DNA of 44,503 nucleotides from an uncultured Sphingomonadales bacterium (GTDB lineage: Bacteria; Pseudomonadota; Alphaproteobacteria; Sphingomonadales; Sphingomonadaceae). Positions 19,168 through 28,799 of the stretch are shown in pieces (position 1 is the stretch's first letter; every line of letters begins with the position of its first letter). Below the pieces are notes generated by a model. That model was given only the letters and a program-made list of their open reading frames with translations. It made no database searches and was not told the origin of the DNA. The stretch covers positions 1 to 44,503 of the forward strand of contig CAIWFP010000014.1 in NCBI GenBank assembly GCA_903911985.1, read 5' to 3'. The translations under genes were made by a program, and so were the position numbers.

Positions 19168-20052
19168 TCAAAAGACTGCAACCGGAGTGAGCGGGCTGCC
19201 CGTGCCGCCGACGATGGGCAAGGGTGCCGCCACAAACAGGAATTGCGCCACGCCGGTCTGCGCCAACGGTTCCAGCACCAGACCTTCGAGCAGGGTGATC
19301 CCGTAATCGCGGATCAGGCGCTGATGCACGGGGAACACCGTTCCGGCAGGAAAGGGCATCGCCTCTATCGCGAAGTTGTCGGCGCCGACCATGGCCACGC
19401 CCGATTGGGCCAGCCACAGTGCAGCCTCGACATCGATGCCCGGTTCGACGTTGAAATTCACCTCGCGCTGCGGCACGCCCTTTTGCGCTTCCTGCCAGCC
19501 GGTGCGGATCAGCACGGCATCGCCCTGGCGCAGGGTGATCCCCGCCAATTGAGCGGCGCGTTCCAGTTCACCCCGTCCGATCGATTGGCCAGGCAGCAGC
19601 GGCGCGCCATGCAGCGCGACGATGTCGAGCAGCACGCCGCGGGTGACAATCGGCGGCACTTTGTCGATGCCGCAACGCTTCGCGCCGGTCGTGCTGGTCG
19701 TGCCCGTGCCGGGATGGCCGTTGTAAAGCTGATCATCGCACCAGACATGACACAGTGCATCCAGATGCGTGCCGACATGCAGGGCCATGATCACCGTATC
19801 ATCGGCGAACTGGAACCCGCCCCTGGCCGGCGCACCACCGGCATAGTCACCGCCGTCACGCGTCATGAAATGCTGCAAACCCGGCCGCAACGCTGGAACG
19901 GGGGTGTTTTTCGACAAGGGCTGCGCCAGCGACAGCACCCTGCCCTGCCGCACCAGTCCAGCGGCCAGCACGACATCAGCCGGGGTAACCAGATTGAGTG
20001 CGCCGATCTCGTCCTGATCGCCCCACTGCCCCCATGCTTCACGCGACATCAT
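19168..20052 (-). CDS. Cyclase family metal-dependent hydrolase (kynurenine formamidase-like)
   Basis: WGQWGDQDEIGALN, HVGTHLDALCH, TRGVLLD, GDAVLIRTGW and GGTGSPLTPVA. Confidence 0.88.
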   Translation of the reverse strand: MMSREAWGQWGDQDEIGALNLVTPADVVLAAGLVRQGRVLSLAQPLSKNTPVPALRPGLQHFMTRDGGDYAGGAPARGGFQFADDTVIMALHVGTHLDALCHVWCDDQLYNGHPGTGTTSTTGAKRCGIDKVPPIVTRGVLLDIVALHGAPLLPGQSIGRGELERAAQLAGITLRQGDAVLIRTGWQEAQKGVPQREVNFNVEPGIDVEAALWLAQSGVAMVGADNFAIEAMPFPAGTVFPVHQRLIRDYGITLLEGLVLEPLAQTGVAQFLFVAAPLPIVGGTGSPLTPVAVF

Positions 20053-21638
20053 GCTTCTCCGGCGCTGGTGACGGCTGCCAGGGCATCGTCCTTGAGGGCG
20101 TTGCGCATCAGTTTGCCGGTTACGGTGGTCGGCAGCCCGGTGCGAAACAGGATAAGATCGGGCGCCTTGTAGGTTGAGGCAAGCGCCCGGCAGTGTTCGA
20201 TCAGGTCCGCTGCGGTCGGGGACGCACCCGCGATGGGCACCACGGTGGCAACGATGATTTCGCCGCGCCGCGCATCGGGCACGCCAACCACCCCGGCCTG
20301 CGCCACCAGCGGGTGTTGCAACAACACGTCTTCCACCTCGGCGGGGGACACATTGATGCCCGCGCGCTTGATCATTTCCGAATGCCGGCCGCAGAACACC
20401 AATTCGCCCGCGTCCGTCAGAAATCCGATGTCGCCGGTGCGGTACCAGCCATCGGCCGTGAACACATCGGCGTTGAGCGCGGCGCTTTTGCCACCATAGC
20501 CGGGCATCAGGTAACCGGCCACTTCGATCAGGCCCTGTTCGCCCGCTGCAACCGGGACGGTGCTTGCCGCATCGATGATCCGCACGCTGACCCCGGGCAG
20601 CGGGGGGCCCTGACAATGCGCACGGCGGTCAAGCGGCCATTCGGCCGGGGTGACGCAGCAATTGCCATAGGTTTCGCTCGAGCCATAAATGTTGCAGATC
20701 TGCGCGGCGCCAAGCCCGGTTGCGGTGCTGATGATATCCTGCGGCGTGCCGGTGGTCAGCCCGGTGCGCAGGCTGGCCGTGCGCGCGGGTGCAAAGGCTG
20801 GTTCTGCGATCATCGCGGCGGTCATCGGCGGCAGGGTATAGATCGCCGTGCAGCCATGCTGTTCGATCAGCGCAAGCGCTGCAGCCGGCTCGAACCGGTC
20901 CTGCAGAACCATGGTCGCGCCATGCGTCAGGATCGCCGGAAGCGCGTTGGCCGACCCATAGGCCCAGAACAGCGGAACCGACACGTGCACGCGATCCTGT
21001 GCGGTCAGCCCCATGCGTTCACCAATCGCAAAACCGTTTTCGATCAGACCGCCATGCGCCAGCCGTACGGCCTTTGGCGTGCTGGTCGAACCCGAAGTGT
21101 AAAGGATCAGCGCATCGTCGCCGGGCTGCGCCGCATGCTCCACCGGCCCGGCACCGGCGTGTTGCAGTACGTCTTCATAGCGGCGCCAGGGTGCGGGCGC
21201 CTCCCCTTCCCCGACCAGAATCCGGTGATCGAGCACGAGGCCCGTCTCCGCGATCACGGTCGCCACGCTGGCAATGAAGTCTTCCCGGGCAAAGCCGGCC
21301 ACCGCAAACAGCGTGCGAACACCCGCATCCGCCAGAATAAAGCCGATTTCGCGTGGTTTTGACCAAGTGCTGATCGGTACGAGGGTCGCGCCGACCGCCT
21401 GCGCGCCGAAAGCGATCTCAAGCCATTCGACACAGTTGCTCATCAGCACGCCGACCCGGTCGCCTGCCTTCACACCCTGCGCGAGCATGGCTTTGGCCAC
21501 ACGGTCGGCCCTACTGGCCAACCCGGCATACGTCATGATCGCTTGATCGGCGATAACGGCGGGATGCTGCGGATGCACGCCTGCCATTTCGGCCAGCACC
21601 CCGGGCAAAGTGCGACTGTGCGGAAGGATCATGGACAT
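20049..21638 (-). CDS. AMP-dependent acyl-CoA synthetase/ligase
   Basis: ILYTSGSTSTPK, YGSSET, GWYRTGDIG and LPTTVTGK. Start coupled to the BVMO-3 stop. Confidence 0.9.
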   Translation of the reverse strand: MSMILPHSRTLPGVLAEMAGVHPQHPAVIADQAIMTYAGLASRADRVAKAMLAQGVKAGDRVGVLMSNCVEWLEIAFGAQAVGATLVPISTWSKPREIGFILADAGVRTLFAVAGFAREDFIASVATVIAETGLVLDHRILVGEGEAPAPWRRYEDVLQHAGAGPVEHAAQPGDDALILYTSGSTSTPKAVRLAHGGLIENGFAIGERMGLTAQDRVHVSVPLFWAYGSANALPAILTHGATMVLQDRFEPAAALALIEQHGCTAIYTLPPMTAAMIAEPAFAPARTASLRTGLTTGTPQDIISTATGLGAAQICNIYGSSETYGNCCVTPAEWPLDRRAHCQGPPLPGVSVRIIDAASTVPVAAGEQGLIEVAGYLMPGYGGKSAALNADVFTADGWYRTGDIGFLTDAGELVFCGRHSEMIKRAGINVSPAEVEDVLLQHPLVAQAGVVGVPDARRGEIIVATVVPIAGASPTAADLIEHCRALASTYKAPDLILFRTGLPTTVTGKLMRNALKDDALAAVTSAGEA

Positions 21639-23254
21639 CACCGGATCACGAACCCGCGGTAGCCGTCCCGGGCAATTTCGTTGCATATTTGGGTGTAAGT
21701 GCCCAGCCCGCCAATATAGGGCAGAAACACGCGCGGCTTGCCCGGCACATTGGCCCCCATGTACCAGCTGTTGGCCTGCACGTGCAGCGTCTGGGCGGCG
21801 ATGTCCGCAACATGCGCCACCCATTCGTCTTCGGCCGCTAGCTCCGGCTCGATCAGATCGGCCCCGGTGCGTGCCATCGTGCCCAGGCAATCGGCCACCC
21901 ATTCAACATGCTGTTCGATCGACATCACCACGTTGGTCAGGATCGACGGACTGCCGGGCCCGGTGATCGTGAACAGGTTGGGATAGTCCGCCACCATGAT
22001 GCCGAGATAGCTTTTGGGCCCGTCGCGCCACTTGTCCTTCAACCCCACGCCGCTGCGGCCGATGATATCGATGCGGGTCAACGATCCGGTCACCGCATCA
22101 TAGCCCGTGGCAAACACGATACTGTCGAACGCATGGTCTGCGGCACTGGTGGCAATGCCGGTGGTGGTGATCCGGGTGATCGGGGTGGCGCGCACATCAA
22201 CCAGCGTGACATTCGGCCGATTGAACATGGCATAGTAGTCGGTATCGACACAGATGCGCTTTGTGCCGATCGCGTGGTCAGTCGGCATCAGCAGCGCGGC
22301 CTTGTCCCAGTCCTGCACAATCGACCCGATCTTGTTGCGCACATAGTCGGCGGCGATATCGTTGGCCGCCTTGTCGCGGAACATATCGTTGAAACAATGT
22401 GTAAAATTGGCACCACCCCGGGCCCAGCGCGCATCCAGTTCGGCCTGGCGTTCCGCTGCGGTCATGTCGAACGCGCTGCGCTGGCTGTAATCATACAACG
22501 CACCTGATCGCGACGCCTTGGCCGCTGCACGATGGCGCGGATAGTGCTTTTTCCATTCATCCTGCACCGATCGCGGCAAAGGCTGGTTCCATGCCGGGAT
22601 GCTGAAATTGGGGGTGCGTTGAAACACGGTCAGTTCCGCAGCCTCGGCCGCAATCATCGGCGCCACCTGTATGCCTGACGATCCGGTGCCGATCACCGCC
22701 ACCCGCTGCCCGGTAAAATCGACCGGTTGATGCGGCCATTGGCCGGTGTGATACCATTGGCCCGCGAAATCATCCAACCCGGCAAAATCCGGCTTGCGCG
22801 GCGCGGAAAGCGCGCCAGTGGCCAGGATGCAATAGCGCGCGGTGGCCGTTTCGCCCGTGTCGGTGGTGACGATCCACATGCCCTGATCAGGGTCAAAGCG
22901 GGCCGATTGTATCCAGGTGTTGAAATGGATCTCGCGGCGCAGGTCAAAGCGATCGGCGACATGATCCAGATAGCGCAGGATTTCGGGCTGCGCCGGATAA
23001 CGCTCGCTCCATTCCCATTCCTGCTGCAATTCATCGGAGAACGAGAACGAATATTCCAGGCTTGGAACATCACACCGCGCGCCGGGATAGCGGTTCCAGT
23101 ACCACGTACCGCCCACGCTATCGCCGCCTTCGAAGCACTGCGCGCTCAGGCCCAGCTCGCGCAATTTGTGCAGCATGTAGAGGCCGGCAAAGCCTGCACC
23201 AACGACGATCGCATCATGGTGCGGACGGTTCGGAATTGACGTGACATTCGACAT
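21638..23254 (-). CDS. Type I Baeyer-Villiger monooxygenase (BVMO-3)
   Basis: GAGFAG, WNRYPGARCD, FAGQWYHTGQWP, GTGSSG, GTKRIC and SWYMGANVPGKPR. Confidence 0.93.
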   Translation of the reverse strand: MSNVTSIPNRPHHDAIVVGAGFAGLYMLHKLRELGLSAQCFEGGDSVGGTWYWNRYPGARCDVPSLEYSFSFSDELQQEWEWSERYPAQPEILRYLDHVADRFDLRREIHFNTWIQSARFDPDQGMWIVTTDTGETATARYCILATGALSAPRKPDFAGLDDFAGQWYHTGQWPHQPVDFTGQRVAVIGTGSSGIQVAPMIAAEAAELTVFQRTPNFSIPAWNQPLPRSVQDEWKKHYPRHRAAAKASRSGALYDYSQRSAFDMTAAERQAELDARWARGGANFTHCFNDMFRDKAANDIAADYVRNKIGSIVQDWDKAALLMPTDHAIGTKRICVDTDYYAMFNRPNVTLVDVRATPITRITTTGIATSAADHAFDSIVFATGYDAVTGSLTRIDIIGRSGVGLKDKWRDGPKSYLGIMVADYPNLFTITGPGSPSILTNVVMSIEQHVEWVADCLGTMARTGADLIEPELAAEDEWVAHVADIAAQTLHVQANSWYMGANVPGKPRVFLPYIGGLGTYTQICNEIARDGYRGFVIR

Positions 23255-23288
23255 TTGTCAGGTATACAAAACTCATTGGATCATTTCA

Positions 23289-23302
23289 ATACTGGCTGGT
23301 AA
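23289..23302. promoter_or_regulatory. Operator B, degenerate copy in divergent BVMO-3/SDR spacer
   Basis: ATACTGGCTGGTAA, two mismatches to ATACC-N4-GGTAT, in an AT-rich 83-bp spacer. Confidence 0.5.
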
Positions 23303-23337
23303 GTTTTTTCGGTACTCCTCGCTGGCATGGGACGAAC

Positions 23338-24108
23338 ATGGATACAGTGACAGGCAAAGTGGCGGTTGTAACAGGCGCCGGAGCCGGCATCGGCCGGGCA
23401 GTGGCGATCCGCCTGGCCAGGGCAGGCTGCGCGGTCGGCCTGATCGATCTGGACCCGGCCGGGCTGGCCCAAACCCGGGATCTGGTCGAAGCCATCGATG
23501 GGCATGCGGCATGTGCGATTGCCGATGTTTCGTTGCGTGAAGACGTCGACGCTGGTCTGCAGGCACTCGCCACAAGCCTGGGGCCGGTAGATATTCTGGT
23601 CAACAACGCCGGAATCCTGAACACTTGCGGGTTTCTCGAAATCACCGATGCTCAATGGCGCCGGACGTTTGCCATCAATCTCGATGGTGCGTTCTTCTGT
23701 TGTCAGGCCGTGCTGGGCAGCATGGTCGCGCGCGGATCGGGATGCGTGATCAACATGGCGTCGTGGACGGGCAAGCAAGGGGTCGCACAGCATGCGGCCT
23801 ATGGCGCGACCAAAGCCGCGCTGATCAACCTCACCCAAAGCCTGGCGGCGGAATTCGGGCCACAGGGAATCCGCGTGCACGCCGTCTGCCCAGGCATCAT
23901 TGTCGATACCGAGATGCGCGCCGCCGCCGAGGAACGCAATCGCGCACAAGGCCTGCCCGCGATGGAAACCCGGGTGCAGGCAGTGCCGTTGCGGCGCGGC
24001 GGCATGCCGTCCGAAGTGGCCGAGCTGGTCGCGTTTCTTGCTTCGGATGCGGCCGGCTATATGACCGGACAGGCCATCAATGTGACCGGCGGATTGTGGA
24101 TGAACTGA
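23338..24108 (+). CDS. SDR family oxidoreductase (possible secondary alcohol dehydrogenase)
   Basis: TGAGAGIG, NNAG, YGATK and TGQAINVTGG. Confidence 0.9.
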   Translation: MDTVTGKVAVVTGAGAGIGRAVAIRLARAGCAVGLIDLDPAGLAQTRDLVEAIDGHAACAIADVSLREDVDAGLQALATSLGPVDILVNNAGILNTCGFLEITDAQWRRTFAINLDGAFFCCQAVLGSMVARGSGCVINMASWTGKQGVAQHAAYGATKAALINLTQSLAAEFGPQGIRVHAVCPGIIVDTEMRAAAEERNRAQGLPAMETRVQAVPLRRGGMPSEVAELVAFLASDAAGYMTGQAINVTGGLWMN

Positions 24109-24164
24109 CCTGTGCCAGCCCACCGCTGGCGCGTGACTGCCCCGGTGCTACGAAGGATACCACA

Positions 24165-25085
24165 ATGGCCATCGATCCCTGTTACCACGACATGCTGGCT
24201 GGTCCGAACAGCGCCATGGTGCCGCCGCCGGCTGGCCTGACGCTCGACGCCTATCGCGCGCTGATCGAAACGCCGTTGCTCGACACGCCCGGCGCAGCAG
24301 TGCACCGGACCGTCGACCGCCAGATCGTGCTGGCCGACCGCACGATAGCGGCGCGTCTCCATTACCCGACCGGCGATACCGCCCTGCCCGTGATCGTGTT
24401 CTTTCATGGCGGTGGATTTGTGCTGTGCTCGATCAACAGCCACGACGCGATGTGCCGCGATCTGGCGGTCATGACCGGCGCGGTGGTCGTATCGGTGGAT
24501 TACCGGCGGGCGCCCGAAACTCCGTTTCCCGGGCCGCTGAACGATTGCCACGACGCTCTCGTCTGGGTGAGCGAGCATGCCGGCGAACTTGGTATCGATT
24601 CCGCGCGCATCGCCCTGTGCGGCGACAGCGCCGGTGGCAACCTGACCATTGCCACCGCGCTGCTGGCGCGCGATCGCGGGCCGCAGCTTCGCCATCTGGG
24701 CGTGATCTACCCGATGATCGACCCGGATTGCGGGTTTCCCTCGATCACCGCGCAAGCCGCAGGGCCGGTGCTCAGCCAGGATATCATCGCCTGGTTCTGG
24801 GATTGCTATCTGGGCAGCAGCGGCGATCGCCGCGACCCCCGCGTGGCAGTGCTGCATGCCGATTTGCGCGATCTGCCCCCGTCAACGGTGCTGACCGCTG
24901 AATACGATCCGCTGCGCGACGAAGGTGAAGCATTTGCCCGCGCCTTGCGCGCAGCGGGCAATGCCACGATCACCCGCCGTTATCTGGGCATGGCGCACGG
25001 GTTTTTCAGCATGCCCGGGCTAACCCCGATCGCGGCCCACGCCATGACCGACCTGGCGCAAGATCTGCGCGCCGCGCTGGCATGA
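24165..25085 (+). CDS. Alpha/beta hydrolase, family IV (HSL) esterase
   Basis: HGGGF, GDSAGG, DPLRDEG and HGF. AAGGA RBS before ATG 24165. Confidence 0.9.
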   Translation: MAIDPCYHDMLAGPNSAMVPPPAGLTLDAYRALIETPLLDTPGAAVHRTVDRQIVLADRTIAARLHYPTGDTALPVIVFFHGGGFVLCSINSHDAMCRDLAVMTGAVVVSVDYRRAPETPFPGPLNDCHDALVWVSEHAGELGIDSARIALCGDSAGGNLTIATALLARDRGPQLRHLGVIYPMIDPDCGFPSITAQAAGPVLSQDIIAWFWDCYLGSSGDRRDPRVAVLHADLRDLPPSTVLTAEYDPLRDEGEAFARALRAAGNATITRRYLGMAHGFFSMPGLTPIAAHAMTDLAQDLRAALA

Positions 25086-25093
25086 AACCGGCG

Positions 25094-25120
25094 TGCGCGA
25101 TGCGTTTACCGCATCGCGCA
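25094..25120. terminator. Hairpin between convergent esterase and ALDH
   Basis: TGCGCGATGCG-tttac-CGCATCGCGCA 11-bp stem, flanked by GAAACC/GGTTTC. Confidence 0.6.
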
Positions 25121-25125
25121 AGGTT

Positions 25126-26538
25126 TCAGGCAAGCACCGCCTTTGAGCGGTTGATGATTTTGGCCTGGGTGAATTCGGCCAGCCCCAGCTCCGACATTTC
25201 GGTGCCGACGCCCGACATTTTTGCGCCGGAAAACGGAATGTCCGGGTCGAAATCGGCGTGCTGGTTGATCCACACCGATCCGGAATCGAGTTGATCGGCC
25301 ACTTGTTGCGCGCGGACGGCATCGTTTGACCACACCGAATTGCCCAGCCCGAATTCGCTGGCATTGGCCCGCGCAATCGCGCCGGCGACATCGTCATAGC
25401 GCAGCACCGGCAGCACCGGGCCAAACTGCTCCTCGCGCACCAGCCGGGCGTCATCGCCAATATCGCGCACGATCGTGGGATTGATGAAAAAGCCTGGGCC
25501 TGCGGGACAATCGCCACCGGCAATGATCAGGCCCTCGTCCCGGGATTCATCGATCAAGGCCCTGACCTTGTCGTACTGCATGCGGTTCTGCACCGGCCCC
25601 AGCTGCGTGCCCTGTTCCAGCCCCGGTCCGACGATCCGGTTTTTCGCAATATCGGCCAGCCGGTCGCACATCGCATCATATTGGCTGTCGTGGACATAGA
25701 GGCGCTTGATCGCGATGCACAGCTGGCCATTGTTGGCAAAGGCGGCGTCGAACAGTTTGGGGGCGACCACATCGGGATCGCAATCGTCAAGAACGATGGC
25801 GGAATCGTTGCCGCCCAGCTCAAGCGTCAGGCGTTTCAGACTGGCGGCGCTCGATGCCATGACTTTTGTGCCGGTCGCGGTCGACCCGGTAAAAGTGACT
25901 TTGCGCACTTTGGGATGCGCGGTCAGCACGTGGCCCAGATCGTTGTGGTCGGTCACGATATTCAGCACACCGGCCGGAATGATGTCCTTGACCAGCGCGC
26001 CGAACAACAATGTGGTCAGTGGGGTGGTCGGTGCGGGCTTCAGCACCACCGTGTTGCCGGTAATGAGCGCTGCACCCAGCTTGTTGGTGCCGGTCAGCAA
26101 TGGAAAATTCCAGGGCACGATCGCCGCAACCACGCCCAAGGGCACGCGATGCAGTTCGACACGCCGTGTTTCGCTGTCTTCGCGCACTTCGACCGGCAGG
26201 CGCGCATTGGCGTAGTTGCGCATGAACCATGCCGCGCCGCCCACTTCGGCCCGTGCATCAGCCAGTGGCTTGCCCTGCTCGCTGGTCAGCAGGCGCGCAA
26301 GTGCCTCAAGATTGGCCTCGATCACATCGGCAATGCGGACCATGATCGCGCTGCGGTCCTCGACCGGCGTGGCGGCCCAGGCGGGAAATGCCGCTGCGGC
26401 CGCAGCCACTGCCTGTTCGACTTGTGCCTCGGACGCGCAGGCGCAGGTTGCAAACAACGCACCCGTGGCCGGATCGACCACATCCAGAGTCCGGTCGCCG
26501 GAAACCAGCTTGCCGTCGATCAGCAGGTCATATGTCAT
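25126..26538 (-). CDS. NAD(P)-dependent aldehyde dehydrogenase
   Basis: PWNFP, FTGSTATG, LELGGND, catalytic GQLCIA and EEQFGPVLP. Confidence 0.93.
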   Translation of the reverse strand: MTYDLLIDGKLVSGDRTLDVVDPATGALFATCACASEAQVEQAVAAAAAAFPAWAATPVEDRSAIMVRIADVIEANLEALARLLTSEQGKPLADARAEVGGAAWFMRNYANARLPVEVREDSETRRVELHRVPLGVVAAIVPWNFPLLTGTNKLGAALITGNTVVLKPAPTTPLTTLLFGALVKDIIPAGVLNIVTDHNDLGHVLTAHPKVRKVTFTGSTATGTKVMASSAASLKRLTLELGGNDSAIVLDDCDPDVVAPKLFDAAFANNGQLCIAIKRLYVHDSQYDAMCDRLADIAKNRIVGPGLEQGTQLGPVQNRMQYDKVRALIDESRDEGLIIAGGDCPAGPGFFINPTIVRDIGDDARLVREEQFGPVLPVLRYDDVAGAIARANASEFGLGNSVWSNDAVRAQQVADQLDSGSVWINQHADFDPDIPFSGAKMSGVGTEMSELGLAEFTQAKIINRSKAVLA

Positions 26539-26565
26539 GCCGTGGTCCTTGGTGATGTGACGGGA

Positions 26566-28707
26566 TCAGTTGCCATTAACGGCCAGATTGCGCGCACGGG
26601 CCGCAACATAGCCCCGCACCGCCTCGGCATCGGCCGGCGTCAGCCATTTTTTGAAACTGACCATGCCGTTGTCGGACAACGCCCCGCCGATAACCACCTG
26701 GTTCCACCCGGCCTTGCTGGCCAGCAATGGATCGCGCCGCAAATCCGGCACTACGCCGGATGACCGCGCTGTTCCGCCATGGCAAACTGAGCAGGTTTCT
26801 TCGTAAATATGCCCGCCGCGTGCCAGGGTCTTGGCCGACCAGGTCGATTTCACCACCACCGCCGGAGCGGGGGCGACGTGATCGACATGATAGGCGGCGT
26901 CGCCACCCAGAGCGAACACCAGCAGACGACCATTGGGCCGGGGTCCGGCATTGTCCGCCAGTGCGGCGCCAATACCATAGCCACCGCCATATCCGGCCAT
27001 CACCGCAACATATTGACGACCATTCACCGCATAGGTGACGGGCGGCGCCATGATGCCGATTTCGGCATCAAACGACCACAGCTTCTGCCCCTTGTCGGCG
27101 GTATAGGCATTGACCGTGCCGCGCGAGGTACCCTGAAACACCAGATTCCCGGCGGTCGCCAGTACGCCGCCATTCCACGGGCCATCGTATTGCACCCGCC
27201 ACGCTTCCTTTTGCGTGATCGGGTTCCATGCGGCGAGATGCCCCTTGAGCATGGCGCGCACGGCTTTGAGCTGCGCCGTCTTGTTTGGCAGCGTGTTCGC
27301 ACCCAGTTCGATCCCCAGGTTCCAGCCGCCGTCACGTTTGATGAACGGGTGATCGGATTTGTAGAGCATCGGCACTTCCTGCGCCGGAATATAGGCCAAC
27401 CCGGTCTGCGGGCTGAACGCCATCGGCTGCCAGTTGTGCGCGCCCTGCCCCGATGGCAGCGAGACAAACGGTCCCTTGGCATAACGCGCATTCGGCGTTT
27501 CGTTCGGGCGGCCGGTGGCCATGTCGATGCCGGTGGTCCAGGTTTGCGTCGCGTAATTGTTGGCCGAAATCAGCCGGCCATTGGCGCGGTCTATAACGTA
27601 GAAAAAACCGTTTTTCGGCGCCTGCATCAGGATTTTGCGATTCTGCCCGCCGATGTTCAGATCGCTGAGGATGACCGATTGGGTCTGGTCGAAATCCCAC
27701 ACCTCTCCCGGTGAGCCACCATAGTGCCATTTGTAGGCACCGGTGTCGGCATCAACCGCAACGATGGAATCAAGAAACAGGTTGTCGCCCTTGTCCGCCG
27801 ACCGCGTGCGCCGATCCCAGGGCGTGCCGTTACCGACGCCAAAAATGACCTGGTTGAATTCCTGATCATAGACAATCGTGTCCCACACCGGACCGCCGCC
27901 GCCCAGCTTGCCGTAATCGCCGGCCCAGGTTGCCTGCATCTTTGGGATCACCGCATCCGAAGCTGCGCCATCAGCGGGCGCACCCTTGGCCGGAGGAACG
28001 GTGTAGAAGCGCCAGGCCAGTTTGCCGGAATTGGCATCATAGGCACTGATATACCCGCGCACGCCATATTCGCCGCCGCCATTGCCGATCAGCACGCGGC
28101 CCTTCGCAATGCGCGGCGCGCCGGTGATGGTATAGGGTTTCGACTGGTCGACGGTGACGGTGGACCATACCGGTGATCCGGTTTTAGCGTCGAGCGCGAT
28201 CAACCGCCCGTCGAGTGTACCAAAGTAAAACTTGCCTTCGAACAGGACCCCGCCGCGGTTGACGACATCGCAGCAAGCCTTGAACCCGGTCTCTCCGGGA
28301 ACCTTGGGGTCATAGGACCACAGCACATTGCCGCTGGTAGCATCGAAGGCATAGACCTTTGACCAAGATGTGGTGGTGTAGAGTACGCCATCTTGAACCA
28401 GCGGCGTCGCTTCCATCCCCCGCGCGGTGTCGAATTCATGACTCCACGCCAGGCCCAGACCGGCGGCGTTTTGCGCGTTGATCGCGGTCAGCGGGCTAAA
28501 CCGGGTTTCTTCGCTATTACCACCATAGGTTGTCCAGTTGGCAAAGCTCGGGGGTGCTGGCACGGGTGACGGTGTTGGCGTTGGTGCAACGACCACTTCA
28601 GCCATGGGTTTGGCGCCGGGCGCGGCGCTGTTCATGGCGCCTTGCGCCGCGCATCCCATCAACATCATAACTGCTGCAACGCTTGCCACTCTTCGCATCC
28701 GGACCAC
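26566..28707 (-). CDS. PQQ-dependent quinohemoprotein alcohol dehydrogenase (type II, C-terminal cytochrome c)
   Basis: Signal/lipobox-like LMGC, ACCDVVNRG vicinal cysteines, GNGGGEYGVRG, GAHNWQPM, CSVCH heme site and GMVSF. Confidence 0.92.
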   Translation of the reverse strand: MVRMRRVASVAAVMMLMGCAAQGAMNSAAPGAKPMAEVVVAPTPTPSPVPAPPSFANWTTYGGNSEETRFSPLTAINAQNAAGLGLAWSHEFDTARGMEATPLVQDGVLYTTTSWSKVYAFDATSGNVLWSYDPKVPGETGFKACCDVVNRGGVLFEGKFYFGTLDGRLIALDAKTGSPVWSTVTVDQSKPYTITGAPRIAKGRVLIGNGGGEYGVRGYISAYDANSGKLAWRFYTVPPAKGAPADGAASDAVIPKMQATWAGDYGKLGGGGPVWDTIVYDQEFNQVIFGVGNGTPWDRRTRSADKGDNLFLDSIVAVDADTGAYKWHYGGSPGEVWDFDQTQSVILSDLNIGGQNRKILMQAPKNGFFYVIDRANGRLISANNYATQTWTTGIDMATGRPNETPNARYAKGPFVSLPSGQGAHNWQPMAFSPQTGLAYIPAQEVPMLYKSDHPFIKRDGGWNLGIELGANTLPNKTAQLKAVRAMLKGHLAAWNPITQKEAWRVQYDGPWNGGVLATAGNLVFQGTSRGTVNAYTADKGQKLWSFDAEIGIMAPPVTYAVNGRQYVAVMAGYGGGYGIGAALADNAGPRPNGRLLVFALGGDAAYHVDHVAPAPAVVVKSTWSAKTLARGGHIYEETCSVCHGGTARSSGVVPDLRRDPLLASKAGWNQVVIGGALSDNGMVSFKKWLTPADAEAVRGYVAARARNLAVNGN

Positions 28708-28736
28708 CCATGCTTGTTTGTGTGTTTATGTCCCTC

Positions 28737-28786
28737 AAAAACCGAAAAAGATCTGCTGCCCGTTCGGGACAACAAATCTTTTTCGG
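28737..28786 (-). terminator. Intrinsic terminator-like hairpin between TonB receptor and ADH
   Basis: Minus strand CCGAAAAAGATTTGTTGTCC-cgaac-GGGCAGCAGATCTTTTTCGG (20-bp stem with G-U pairs) followed by TTTTT. Confidence 0.65.
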
Positions 28787-28799
28787 CGTAAGGTATTTA

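Noticed and set aside
19168-21902. Long N-terminal extensions in the ORF track (cyclase from 20616, ligase from 21902; also esterase from 23625, ECH from 33192, BVMO-1 from 5315)
   Set aside because: The extensions overlap upstream genes or operators. Coupled or RBS-supported internal starts fit family lengths, so these are not fusions.
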